Shown: positions 1 to 8,321 of the stretch, piece by piece
Layout of the letters: every line of letters starts with the position of its first letter
Numbering within the stretch: position 1 is the stretch's first letter
Source: Candidatus Micrarchaeota archaeon
Lineage (GTDB): Archaea > Micrarchaeota > Micrarchaeia > Anstonellales > Bilamarchaeaceae
Assembly: GCA_016926175.1 (NCBI GenBank)
Contig: JAFGPA010000014.1
Span: 1 to 51,552 of the forward strand
Reading direction: 5' to 3'
Length of the DNA: 51,552 nt
Notes under the pieces: model-generated
Told to the model about the DNA's origin: nothing
The model's database searches: none
Seen by the model: only the letters and a program-made list of their open reading frames with translations
Translations under genes and position numbers: made by a program

Positions 1-28
1 AAAAGAGCAAAATAATACAAAATATAGA

Positions 29-41
29 AGCCCTCGGAGGG
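29..41. repeat. 13-bp direct repeat identical to the 3' end of the tRNA-Thr gene (other copy 1546-1558); candidate outer att site or decayed tRNA 3' half
   Basis: agccctcggaggg occurs at 29-41 and 1546-1558 in the same orientation. Bases 42-58 still loosely resemble a degraded T-arm and variable region. Confidence 0.6.
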
Positions 42-140
42 GTGTAACCTCTTCTTACCTATTTTGAAATCCATCGAGATACGAAGCCCTAATCTTAATC
101 CAAGACTATATTTAAATCTCTTTTGTTCTATCATCTACAG

Positions 141-156
141 GTAACAAAATTGTTAC
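141..156 (+). promoter_or_regulatory. Inverted repeat gtaacaa-aa-ttgttac just upstream of the AbiEi-like gene; candidate operator. A TATA-like tatatttaaat lies at about 108-118.
   Basis: Perfect 7-bp arms with a 2-nt spacer, 14 nt upstream of the TTG start at 170. An A/T box lies about 25-30 nt further upstream. Confidence 0.3.
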
Positions 157-169
157 TTGGGTGTGACGA

Positions 170-724
170 TTGAATCTATATGAAATAAAAGAATTGGCTG
201 AAAAAAGTACGAGAGCTGTCTTTAGTGTACAGCAGCTATCAAATCTTATAGGAACATCAAAAGCCAATGCAAAAGTATATATGGAAAGGTTAGTCAAGAA
301 AAAACTTGCAAAAAGAGTTCAAAGGGGGAAAATCAGTTTTTCTTTTGATGATTTTGTAATCTCTACTCAAATTATTGAACCTTCATATGTTTCATTAAGA
401 TCAGCCCTGCTTTTCCATAATCTTATTCAGCAGATTCCAAAGAATATTGAATGTGTAACAACAAAAAATAGTATTAGTATAGATGGAATCAAATATCATA
501 AGATAAATGAAAAGTTGTTTTTTGGATTTAAAAAAATAAAAAAAGCAAATAGTTATTTTTTCATTGCAGAGCCTGAAAAAGCATTTATTGATTTGGTATA
601 TCTGAATATGTTGTCCACTCAAGATATACTTGAAATAAAGGAAAAACTAAATCATTCAATACTTGAGAAGTTTATCAATAAATATCACGGAAAAGGAAGC
701 AAAAAACTAAGGGAATTATTATGA
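170..724 (+). CDS. AbiEi-like antitoxin / transcriptional regulator (type IV TA system), winged-helix N-terminus
   Basis: 184-aa ORF with a TTG start. N-terminus has the pattern VFSVQQLSNLIG...YMERLVKKKLAKRVQRGKISF. 4-nt ATGA overlap with the downstream AbiEii gene. A+T-rich relative to neighbours. Confidence 0.55.
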   Translation: MNLYEIKELAEKSTRAVFSVQQLSNLIGTSKANAKVYMERLVKKKLAKRVQRGKISFSFDDFVISTQIIEPSYVSLRSALLFHNLIQQIPKNIECVTTKNSISIDGIKYHKINEKLFFGFKKIKKANSYFFIAEPEKAFIDLVYLNMLSTQDILEIKEKLNHSILEKFINKYHGKGSKKLRELL

Positions 725-1467
725 TTGACAAAAATGAATTAATTAAAATCTCCAAGCTTTTTTCCCTTAAGCCATGGCAGCAGGAAAAACATTATGTTCA
801 AACATTGACATTGCTTTCTCTTGCTGAGCAACAACTTGTTTTCAAAGGAGGAACCTATCTCTGGTTTGCTCATAATTTGAAAAGATTTTCTGAAGATCTT
901 GATTTTACTGAAACAGGGAGTCTAAGAGAAGATCTTCAGGAAAAAGTATCAGAAGACCTAACATTTTTTGGTCTTGAAAATTCAGTTAAAACAATTAATG
1001 AGGATGATCTAACTCTATCCTTCAGAATAAGTGCAAAAGGACCTTTGAATACTTCGGATACTGATCTTTGTTATATCTATGTAGAAATAAGCCGAAGAGA
1101 AAAAGTGATTGAAAAAACACTGCCAATCAAAATAGATTTTCCTGCATATCATCTTCCAACAAAAATAATCGCTGGCATGTCATTGTCTGAAGTCGCAGCG
1201 GAAAAAGCCAGGGCAATAATAACAAGGAACCGGGCAAGGGATGTTTTTGATCTTCATTTTCTTTCCAATAAGATAAAATTCAATAAAAATCTTGTAAATG
1301 AAAAATTGTCTTTTTATGATCTGGAATTCTCAAATGATCTATTTTTCGAAAAGTTAAGAGAGAAAAAAATATTATGGAAAAAGGATCTTCAATCTCTTCT
1401 TTTTGAAGGTCTTCCAGATTTTGATAAAGTTGAGGATGAGCTGACTAAATGGATTAAAATTTTATAA
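721..1467 (+). CDS. AbiEii/AbiGii-family nucleotidyltransferase toxin (DUF1814, type IV TA system)
   Basis: N-terminal signature QEKHYVQTL...FKGGTYLW...RFSEDLDFT is typical of AbiEii. Translationally coupled to the upstream wHTH gene. Confidence 0.85.
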   Translation: MIDKNELIKISKLFSLKPWQQEKHYVQTLTLLSLAEQQLVFKGGTYLWFAHNLKRFSEDLDFTETGSLREDLQEKVSEDLTFFGLENSVKTINEDDLTLSFRISAKGPLNTSDTDLCYIYVEISRREKVIEKTLPIKIDFPAYHLPTKIIAGMSLSEVAAEKARAIITRNRARDVFDLHFLSNKIKFNKNLVNEKLSFYDLEFSNDLFFEKLREKKILWKKDLQSLLFEGLPDFDKVEDELTKWIKIL

Positions 1468-1487
1468 ACTTAACACTAATGTTAAGT
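1468..1487 (+). other. Perfect 8-bp stem / 4-nt loop hairpin immediately after the AbiEii stop codon
   Basis: acttaaca-ctaa-tgttaagt starts at the base after TAA (1465-1467). Could be a transcript-end structure or a recombination site. Confidence 0.3.
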
Positions 1488-1545
1488 TCATTCAATTAAA
1501 ATAAACTTGATTGAAATCGGATTCCTTTATTTAAAAAATAAGACT

Positions 1546-1668
1546 AGCCCTCGGAGGGATTTGAACCCCCGACCTACTCCTTTCCTGTTTCCTGCAGCCA
1601 GTTTCCGGATCAGGAAACCGTAAACGGGAAACTACAAGAGAGTCGCTCTACCGCTGAGCTACGAAGGC
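1546..1668 (-). tRNA. tRNA-Thr: tRNA-Thr (anticodon UGU) with a 51-nt intron at the canonical 37/38 position (intron 1582-1632)
   Basis: Manual cloverleaf. Acceptor GCCTTCG/CGAGGGC, D-arm GCTC-AGCGGTA-GAGC, anticodon stem ACTCT/GGAGT, loop CU-UGU-A[intron]A, T-arm GGGGG-TTCAAAT-CCCTC, discriminator U. No encoded CCA. Confidence 0.85.
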
Positions 1669-1759
1669 AACGCTGATATTGCGCAAAAGACAGCACTGAC
1701 TATGATTGAAAATATTTTTATACTCTCTTCCCTAAGTTCAAAACAGTTCGGTGGGAATT

Positions 1760-2809
1760 ATGGACATTGAAACAAAGATCGGCCTGGTCAGGAAAAAACC
1801 GGCTGAAGAAATAGTTACAGAGGAAGATCTGAGAAAAATATTCGAAAACTACGAACATCCGCAGCACTATATCGGCTTTGAAATATCCGGAAAAGTCCAT
1901 CTCGGAACAGGACTATGCACTGCTTTGAAGATCCGGGATTTCCAGAAAGCAGGATTGAAAACCAAAATCTTCCTTGCAGACTACCATTCATACATCAACG
2001 GCAAGCTTGGAGGGGATCTGGAAAAAATCCAGAAAGTTGCCGCAGGGTATTTCAAGCACACCTTCCATTCACTGGGGCTGGAAAATGTTGAATATGTTCT
2101 TGCAAGCGATCTGTATGACAAGGAATACTGGAAAGAAGTTCTTACCATAGCAAAGGACACTACAATAAAGCGGATGCTGAGATGCATAACCATCATGGGA
2201 AGAAAGGAATCCGATGTAACCTCCTCAGGCGTTATTTTCTATCCTGCTATGCAGGCAGCAGACATTTTTATGCTGGACGTGCAACTGGCCCACTCAGGAA
2301 TGGACCAGAGAAAAGTTCACATGCTTGCCAAGGAGCTTTCGCACAATTACAAAAAGGATTTTGCCGCACTCCACCATCATCTTTTGCCCGGGCTGCAGGG
2401 GGTGCAGAGGATGAATCCTGATGAAGCCGTTGATCAGAAAATGAGCAAATCAAAGCCTTCAACGGCAATTTTCATCCATGATTCCGAAGAAGAAATCCGG
2501 TCAAAGATAAAAAAAGCATACTGCCCTGAAAAAACAGTTGAAGGGAATCCACTGATTGAATATGCTGAATATCTTTTTCTCAGGGATAAGCCCATGAAAA
2601 TTGAAAGGCCGGAAAAATTCGGCGGGGATCTGGAAATACTGGATGCAAACCAGCTAAAAGAGGTCTTCTCAAAAGGAAAGCTTCATCCAGCGGATCTCAA
2701 AGCAGCAGTGGCCAATGAGCTCATAGAAGCATTAAAGCCATCCCGGGAATATTTTGCAAAGCACCAGGAATACCTGGACCAGCTGCAGGTAAAAGACATA
2801 ACCCGCTGA
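1760..2809 (+). CDS. tyrS: Tyrosyl-tRNA synthetase, archaeal type
   Basis: IGFEISGKVHLGTG (HIGH region), YPAMQAADI, MDQRKVHMLAKEL, KMSKSKP, KKAYCPEKTVEGNPLIEY, ERPEKFGGDL. Closely parallels M. jannaschii TyrRS as I recall it. ATG at 1760; a GTG at 1751 is also possible. Confidence 0.9.
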   Translation: MDIETKIGLVRKKPAEEIVTEEDLRKIFENYEHPQHYIGFEISGKVHLGTGLCTALKIRDFQKAGLKTKIFLADYHSYINGKLGGDLEKIQKVAAGYFKHTFHSLGLENVEYVLASDLYDKEYWKEVLTIAKDTTIKRMLRCITIMGRKESDVTSSGVIFYPAMQAADIFMLDVQLAHSGMDQRKVHMLAKELSHNYKKDFAALHHHLLPGLQGVQRMNPDEAVDQKMSKSKPSTAIFIHDSEEEIRSKIKKAYCPEKTVEGNPLIEYAEYLFLRDKPMKIERPEKFGGDLEILDANQLKEVFSKGKLHPADLKAAVANELIEALKPSREYFAKHQEYLDQLQVKDITR

Positions 2810-2818
2810 AGTGAAATT

Positions 2819-3373
2819 ATGGAAGAGCCAAAAAAAGTTTCAGATGCGTTTCAATCGGTCAATGTTGCACTTGACAGCTATGATGACATCTTCTCAGATT
2901 TTGATCCGTCACAATATCAAACCCGCCTGCTTTCGGCTGATTTTCTCAATGAGCTGAAAAGACGCTATATTGAAACCCCCAAAGGATCGGTTGCGGTTAC
3001 ATTCACATTGCCCGGGTCTGTCCGCTCTGAAAAACAGGAGGCCCTTATAAAAAAGAGGCTGAAGGACTATTTCAGGGGGAGGCTCAAACATCTGCATAAG
3101 GCAGGGCAGGAGCGCCTGAAAAAAGGTTTACTGCGCGTAGCCCTTGGCCTGGCAGTTTCCCTGAGCCTGCTCGCCCTGCCGCCAGAAGTGCAGACATTTG
3201 TAGCTGCCCTGATATCTCCATTGCTCTGGTATCTGATGTGGTCAGGATTTGAATTCATATTTGATGCATCGCAGAAAATAGGAAGGCAAAGGAACTTTAT
3301 GGAAAAATTCCTCAAGGCAGATTATCATTTCAAGAATGAGGAGGACCTCCTGCAGAATGTTTTGAGCCACTGA
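2819..3373 (+). CDS. Hypothetical protein with a C-terminal two-helix membrane region
   Basis: 184-aa ORF. Hydrophobic stretches LLRVALGLAVSLSLLAL and FVAALISPLLWYLMWSGF. No recognised family. Confidence 0.5.
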   Translation: MEEPKKVSDAFQSVNVALDSYDDIFSDFDPSQYQTRLLSADFLNELKRRYIETPKGSVAVTFTLPGSVRSEKQEALIKKRLKDYFRGRLKHLHKAGQERLKKGLLRVALGLAVSLSLLALPPEVQTFVAALISPLLWYLMWSGFEFIFDASQKIGRQRNFMEKFLKADYHFKNEEDLLQNVLSH

Positions 3374-3411
3374 TTGAAACCACTTATATTCTTTTCCATT
3401 GTTTTTTCTTT

Positions 3412-5136
3412 ATGCGCATTTCCCTGATTTTCCTGCTGCTGCTTTATTCCTGCTTTGCATTCACCATTGAATCATACGAAAATCATGCTGCAATTCTTGA
3501 AAACGGCGACGTCCTGATATATGAAAAAATCATTTTTGATCTTGACCAGCAGTACAATGAAGGCTTCAGGTCAATAAGGCCTGCTGAAATCAGTTCTCTT
3601 GATGATATTGTTGTAACTTCCGTGCTTGTTGACGGCAAGCCAAGCGGCTTCAGGAAGCAGATGTATGATGGCAACTATGAAATTGTCTGGACCGAAACCC
3701 GCCCCGGCACAAATACCGTTCAGCTCAACTATACTTTGAAAAACAAAATTGAGATATTTGATGATTTTGCGCGCATCTGCTATGAGCATTATGGCGCAAA
3801 CTGGGATGCTTCAACAAAACAATTCCGGGCAACAATGACCCTTCCGGAATCCTCCCGCAGCAAGGAAATCCATTTTGAGATCTATTCAGAAAAAAAGGGA
3901 AATGCATACCTGGATGATCTTTCCATTGTTGTTGAACTGGAGGGCGTGCCTCCAGGAAATTATGTGGGCGGCTGCTATCTTTTCGACAAGGGCATTCCTG
4001 GAAAAAGAATTGAAGGATCGGCCCTTGAAATCCTTGAAAACGAGCGCGAACTTTATGGCTCCGGGCCTGTAGTTGAACCATCTCCATCGCCATTGTTCTG
4101 CTGCGTTCCTGCATTCCTCCTTTCAGCAATATTTGCGCTTCACGCATATGTGAAGAGAAGGAAGCCGAAATACCAGGAATCCATACTCCCTCCGTCAGAT
4201 GACAATCCAATAGTTGCAGCAGTGCTTGTGAACAACGAAATCCTGGAAAAGAATGCGCTCGCAGCAATAATCCTTGATCTCATCCGTCTCAGGATCATTG
4301 ACATTATCGAACTCCATAAGGATGCCGTTTCAACAGAAAAGCAAAGGACAATACTCATGCTGAAAAAGCAGGAGACGCTCAGTGCCCATGAGCAGGCTGT
4401 GGTTGATATGATATTCTTTGAAAAGAAGGAGGTTGACCTTGATGAGCTTGCCAAAGAATTCAACAAGGTCAGTTCCAAAAGCGCTGCAGAGAAGCATCCT
4501 GTTTCAGAAAAATTCAGCGGGTTCCAGAAGTCACTGAAGGCATTACTTAATTCCACCGGCTCCGAGAAGCTGATAAAATCAAAGAACAACAAAACAGGGG
4601 TACTTGTATTCCCTGCATTCCTTTTCTTTGCAGGCGTGATATTCCTGGCTCCATTTTTCTTCCCCGATGATCTTACGGAACTGATATCTGCGGCAATCCT
4701 GCTCATTGCAAGCATCATTGCCTATTTGTTTGCAGCATTGTCCTACATTGCACCAACCCCTCCGAAAGGCAGCGAGGAGAAGTTTGAGAAATGGGATGCT
4801 TTCAGGCGCGGCCTGCAGTCAAGCAGGATAAAAGAATATCCTCCGTCATCTGTTGCGATATGGGACCGGATACTGGTATATGCAACTGCAATGGGCCTTG
4901 CAAAAAAAGTTGAAAAGCACTTCCCGGAACTTGATGATCTTACAAGGAAGCGCATGGAAAAGATGGAAGGAATCATGGCAAGTTCCTTTGTTTTCTATTC
5001 ATCTGCAACTTCACTCTCCAATCTTTCAAGGCACGGCAACAGGAGCGGATTTTCAAGAAGTTCTTCAGGAGGCTGGAGCTCAGGGGGCGGAGGCGGCTTC
5101 AGCGGAGGAAGCTCGGGAGGCGGAGGGTTCCGCTAG
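3412..5136 (+). CDS. DUF2207-family membrane protein
   Basis: N-terminal signal/TM, beta-rich ectodomain, central TMs, conserved W..F...L....W.R.LVYATAMGL region. Characteristic Gly/Ser tail SGGWSSGGGGGFSGGSSGGGGFR. Confidence 0.7.
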   Translation: MRISLIFLLLLYSCFAFTIESYENHAAILENGDVLIYEKIIFDLDQQYNEGFRSIRPAEISSLDDIVVTSVLVDGKPSGFRKQMYDGNYEIVWTETRPGTNTVQLNYTLKNKIEIFDDFARICYEHYGANWDASTKQFRATMTLPESSRSKEIHFEIYSEKKGNAYLDDLSIVVELEGVPPGNYVGGCYLFDKGIPGKRIEGSALEILENERELYGSGPVVEPSPSPLFCCVPAFLLSAIFALHAYVKRRKPKYQESILPPSDDNPIVAAVLVNNEILEKNALAAIILDLIRLRIIDIIELHKDAVSTEKQRTILMLKKQETLSAHEQAVVDMIFFEKKEVDLDELAKEFNKVSSKSAAEKHPVSEKFSGFQKSLKALLNSTGSEKLIKSKNNKTGVLVFPAFLFFAGVIFLAPFFFPDDLTELISAAILLIASIIAYLFAALSYIAPTPPKGSEEKFEKWDAFRRGLQSSRIKEYPPSSVAIWDRILVYATAMGLAKKVEKHFPELDDLTRKRMEKMEGIMASSFVFYSSATSLSNLSRHGNRSGFSRSSSGGWSSGGGGGFSGGSSGGGGFR

Positions 5137-5717
5137 CTTTTGCACTCAAGGAAATTGGCCAGAATCCTTCCTCCATGGTCAGTGTGCCAAACTTCTGGAT
5201 GGAACTGGACCCCGTAAATATGCCTTTCAAGGTGCTTCATCGCTTCAATGGCGCAGGCATCAGAATGTGCCAGCGCTGCAAACCCTTCAGGGACTTTTAC
5301 TACCTGGTCATAGTGGGAAACCCACACTTTGAGTTTTTTCGGGATATCCTTGAACAGGACATCGCCATCATCAATCTCTATTTCCCCAAAACCATATTCT
5401 GCGGAACTGCCTTTCTCGACCCTGCCTCCAAAAACATGCGCAATCATCTGATGGCCATAGCATATCCCGAGCAGGGGCAGCCTGATTTCATTATCGCGGA
5501 CTTTTTCACATATCTTTGTTCCTATGTTCGGCGCTTCCTCATAAACTGATTTCGGGCCGCCTGAAATTATTATTTTTCCAAGCCCTGTTTTCATCATTTC
5601 CTCTACTATTGAATAATCAGCCTTTGCATAAAGCATCTCGGCATCCTGGCCGAGCTCCCTGCAGTTCCTTTTGATCAGATGAGTGTACTGTGAGCCGTTG
5701 TCAATAATCAAAATCAT
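5133..5717 (-). CDS. guaA: GMP synthase (glutamine-hydrolysing) subunit A, class I glutamine amidotransferase
   Basis: MILIIDNGSQYTHLI, GGPKSVYE, LGICYGHQM (catalytic Cys), FHPEV (His). About 190 aa, as for the archaeal split subunit A. Confidence 0.85.
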   Translation of the reverse strand: MILIIDNGSQYTHLIKRNCRELGQDAEMLYAKADYSIVEEMMKTGLGKIIISGGPKSVYEEAPNIGTKICEKVRDNEIRLPLLGICYGHQMIAHVFGGRVEKGSSAEYGFGEIEIDDGDVLFKDIPKKLKVWVSHYDQVVKVPEGFAALAHSDACAIEAMKHLERHIYGVQFHPEVWHTDHGGRILANFLECKS

Positions 5718-5743
5718 GGGAATTAATAAGGATAATAGGGAAT

Positions 5744-6424
5744 TTAATCCTTGTCAGCAATAATTTCCATTGCAGTAATCAGTTCCCGGTCTTTGGAAAG
5801 GGCTCCGAGCATTTCATAATACTTTGTCCGGCATGAGTTCAGAATCCCTTCTGTTGCCTCTTTAACTCCTGACTTTGCGTTGTTTTCTGCAGGAAGGCGG
5901 CCAAGAGCCAGTTCCAGTGCTTCAGCACATTCAATATTGTCATACCCTTTCTTTACCTTCCTGTCATTGATGACTCTTTCGATAACTGCATTGAGCATAT
6001 CTATCTCTTTGCTGATCATATCCACCATTATTTCAGCACTTTCGCCCTGCTTCCGGAATATGGCATTGTAGGCGGGATCTATGGAGATACTGGGTTCCAT
6101 GCTTATGTAGTGGGCTTTCCTGTCAAAAAGATCGATCAGCACTTTCATCTGGGGCCGGGCGTCCTTCCTGATCATTAGCATCATGTCCCATGTTCCGTTC
6201 TCGTAGCTTTCAGGAGGCTCGCTTTGACCTTTCTGTGCAATGCTGTCCTTAATGAATGACGCAACCAGTGCGCAATTGCCATGGGAAGCACAGAAAACCC
6301 TTCCTATCCTTCCATCATTCCTTCTGTGCAGGGTTCTTTCACTTTTCCAGGATCTGGTATTATCAAATTTTTTGCACAATTCAGAAAACTCTTTTGGTGT
6401 TACTTTCTGGATCATAGACTCCAC
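5744..6424 (-). CDS. Hypothetical protein
   Basis: 226-aa ORF in a compact coding context. No motif recognised. Confidence 0.45.
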   Translation of the reverse strand: MESMIQKVTPKEFSELCKKFDNTRSWKSERTLHRRNDGRIGRVFCASHGNCALVASFIKDSIAQKGQSEPPESYENGTWDMMLMIRKDARPQMKVLIDLFDRKAHYISMEPSISIDPAYNAIFRKQGESAEIMVDMISKEIDMLNAVIERVINDRKVKKGYDNIECAEALELALGRLPAENNAKSGVKEATEGILNSCRTKYYEMLGALSKDRELITAMEIIADKD

Positions 6425-6590
6425 CTTTTGTTTTTTTATGTCAGCTTATGTTTATTAAACACATGCATGGCCAAAATGCATATTGTGCCGGCATCTGGGA
6501 AACTGTTATAAACCTTTCCTTCTAAAGTTCCTTTACTCGGGGTGCTAGCCACATTGCTGGCGTTCTAATTTATATTCTGGGTGGTCCTGC

Positions 6591-6845
6591 TTGGTAAAAA
6601 AGAAAAAACAAGAATCAACTACAATTGACGTTTTGTCTCATAAACTGGTTTCCGAAATGAAAGTTCTTACCGAAGCTGAAAAAGCAAAAGTTCTCAAGCA
6701 GTATGGCATAAATGAGAGGCAGCTTCCAAGAATCCGATCCACTGATCCTGCGGCAGCAGCGCTGAAAGCAGAAACAGGGAATATAATCAGAATACAGAGA
6801 GACGATGGTACAGGAAAATACCTGACCTATCGCGTTGTTGTTTAA
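6591..6845 (+). CDS. rpoH: DNA-directed RNA polymerase subunit H (Rpb5-like)
   Basis: SHKLVSEMKVLTEAE...LPRIRSTDPAA...GNIIRIQR...TYRVVV, plus position at the head of the RNAP operon. The TTG start is uncertain. Confidence 0.85.
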   Translation: MVKKKKQESTTIDVLSHKLVSEMKVLTEAEKAKVLKQYGINERQLPRIRSTDPAAAALKAETGNIIRIQRDDGTGKYLTYRVVV

Positions 6846-6853
6846 TTTTTCGG

Positions 6854-8317
6854 GTGAAGTCCATGGTTGAAGCTTTGATTGAGTCTTACTTTAAATCAAA
6901 CTCTCTGGTGAATCAGCAGATTCTTTCCTACAACAAATTTTTGGATGTTGGAATTCAGCAGGTTGTTGACAGGATTGGAAAGGTGCAAACGAATGTTGAA
7001 GGTTTTGAACTCAAGCTCGGGAAAGTAAGGATTGAGCAGCCCAGGTACTATGAAGTGAAGGGAGGCTACAGGCAGATTTTCCCAAGCGAGGCAAGACTGA
7101 GGAACCTGAGCTATTCGGCCCCCATATTCCTTGAGATAATACCTGTTTTCAACGGAGTGGAAAGGCCGGTTTATTCAGATGTGTTTGTTGGCGAAGTGCC
7201 AGTCATGCTCAAATCCAAGCTCTGCTATCTTTCCAACATGAGGCGCGATGAGCTTATTGAAAACGGCGAAGATCCTGATGACCCGGGAGGATATTTTGTC
7301 ATCAACGGATCGGAAAGGGTACTGACATCCATTGAAGACCTGGTTCCAAACAAGCTTATGGTGACAAATGAAAGAAATGGCATAGTCTCCAAGATATTCT
7401 CCACTCATTATGGTTTCAGGGCCAGGTGTGTTGTTGACAGAACCCAGGATGGCATTTTCAATGTTGAATTTCCGTCAACCCCGGCCGGCATACCGCTTAT
7501 TCAGATGCTCCGCGTTCTTGATTTGGAAACAGATGAAAAAATACTGCATGCATTCTCTGATGAAAGGCGCATCTGCAATGATGTCATACTGAATCTCGAG
7601 AATGAGCAATCCAAGACAAAGGAAGAGGCAATAGACCTGCTGAGCAGGAGGCTTTCACCAGGCCAGCCCCCAGAATTCAGGATGAACAGGATGGAAAATC
7701 TTCTTGACAACTATCTTCTTCCACATATTGGCGTTGACAAGAGTGCACGCCATGACAAGGCAAAGTTCCTGATACTGATGGCTGAAAGGGCGACAAGAGT
7801 TTCATACAAGGAGGTTGCTCCGGATGACAAAGATCATTATTCCAACAAGCGCGTAAAGCTTGCCGGGGATTTGATGGAAGAGCTGTTCAGATACGCATTC
7901 CAGTTCCTGATAAAGGATCTTGTCTATCAGGCGTCAAGGGCAGATGCCCGTGGAAGAAGGCTGCAGGTTCATACCCTGATCCGGCAGGATGTCCTTGGTG
8001 ACCGTGTCAAATATGCAATGGCAACAGGAAACTGGATTGCAGGGCAAACAGGAGTCTCCCAGCTTCTCGATCGTGTCAGCTATGTTTCAACATTGTCTCA
8101 TCTGAGGAGGGTTATCTCCCCGCTGAGCAAAAAGCATCCGCACTTCAAGGCAAGAGACCTTCATGGAACCCATCTTGGAAAACTTTGTCCAAACGAAACC
8201 CCTGAAGGTCCGAGCTGTTCCCTGGTGAAAAACCTGGCCGTTATGGCTGAAGTTTCAATTGGCGTGGATGAAGAAGAGATTGGCCGGGTTTTGAAGGCCT
8301 ATGATGTAAAGGAGTGA
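6854..8317 (+). CDS. rpoB2: DNA-directed RNA polymerase subunit B'' (N-terminal half of split B)
   Basis: 487 aa. YFVINGSERV, NKRVKLAGDLM, THLGKLCPNETPEG motifs. Followed 4 nt later by B'. Confidence 0.95.
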   Translation: MKSMVEALIESYFKSNSLVNQQILSYNKFLDVGIQQVVDRIGKVQTNVEGFELKLGKVRIEQPRYYEVKGGYRQIFPSEARLRNLSYSAPIFLEIIPVFNGVERPVYSDVFVGEVPVMLKSKLCYLSNMRRDELIENGEDPDDPGGYFVINGSERVLTSIEDLVPNKLMVTNERNGIVSKIFSTHYGFRARCVVDRTQDGIFNVEFPSTPAGIPLIQMLRVLDLETDEKILHAFSDERRICNDVILNLENEQSKTKEEAIDLLSRRLSPGQPPEFRMNRMENLLDNYLLPHIGVDKSARHDKAKFLILMAERATRVSYKEVAPDDKDHYSNKRVKLAGDLMEELFRYAFQFLIKDLVYQASRADARGRRLQVHTLIRQDVLGDRVKYAMATGNWIAGQTGVSQLLDRVSYVSTLSHLRRVISPLSKKHPHFKARDLHGTHLGKLCPNETPEGPSCSLVKNLAVMAEVSIGVDEEEIGRVLKAYDVKE

Positions 8318-8321
8318 GAAT

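Noticed and set aside
85-92. Third partial copy (gaagccct) of the tRNA-end repeat
   Set aside because: The match is only 8 nt and is compatible with chance in an islet this size.
4853-5332. 159-aa plus-strand ORF bridging the DUF2207 3' end and guaA
   Set aside because: It is out of frame with DUF2207 and antisense to guaA. The Gly/Ala-rich product comes from the GGN-rich tail region.
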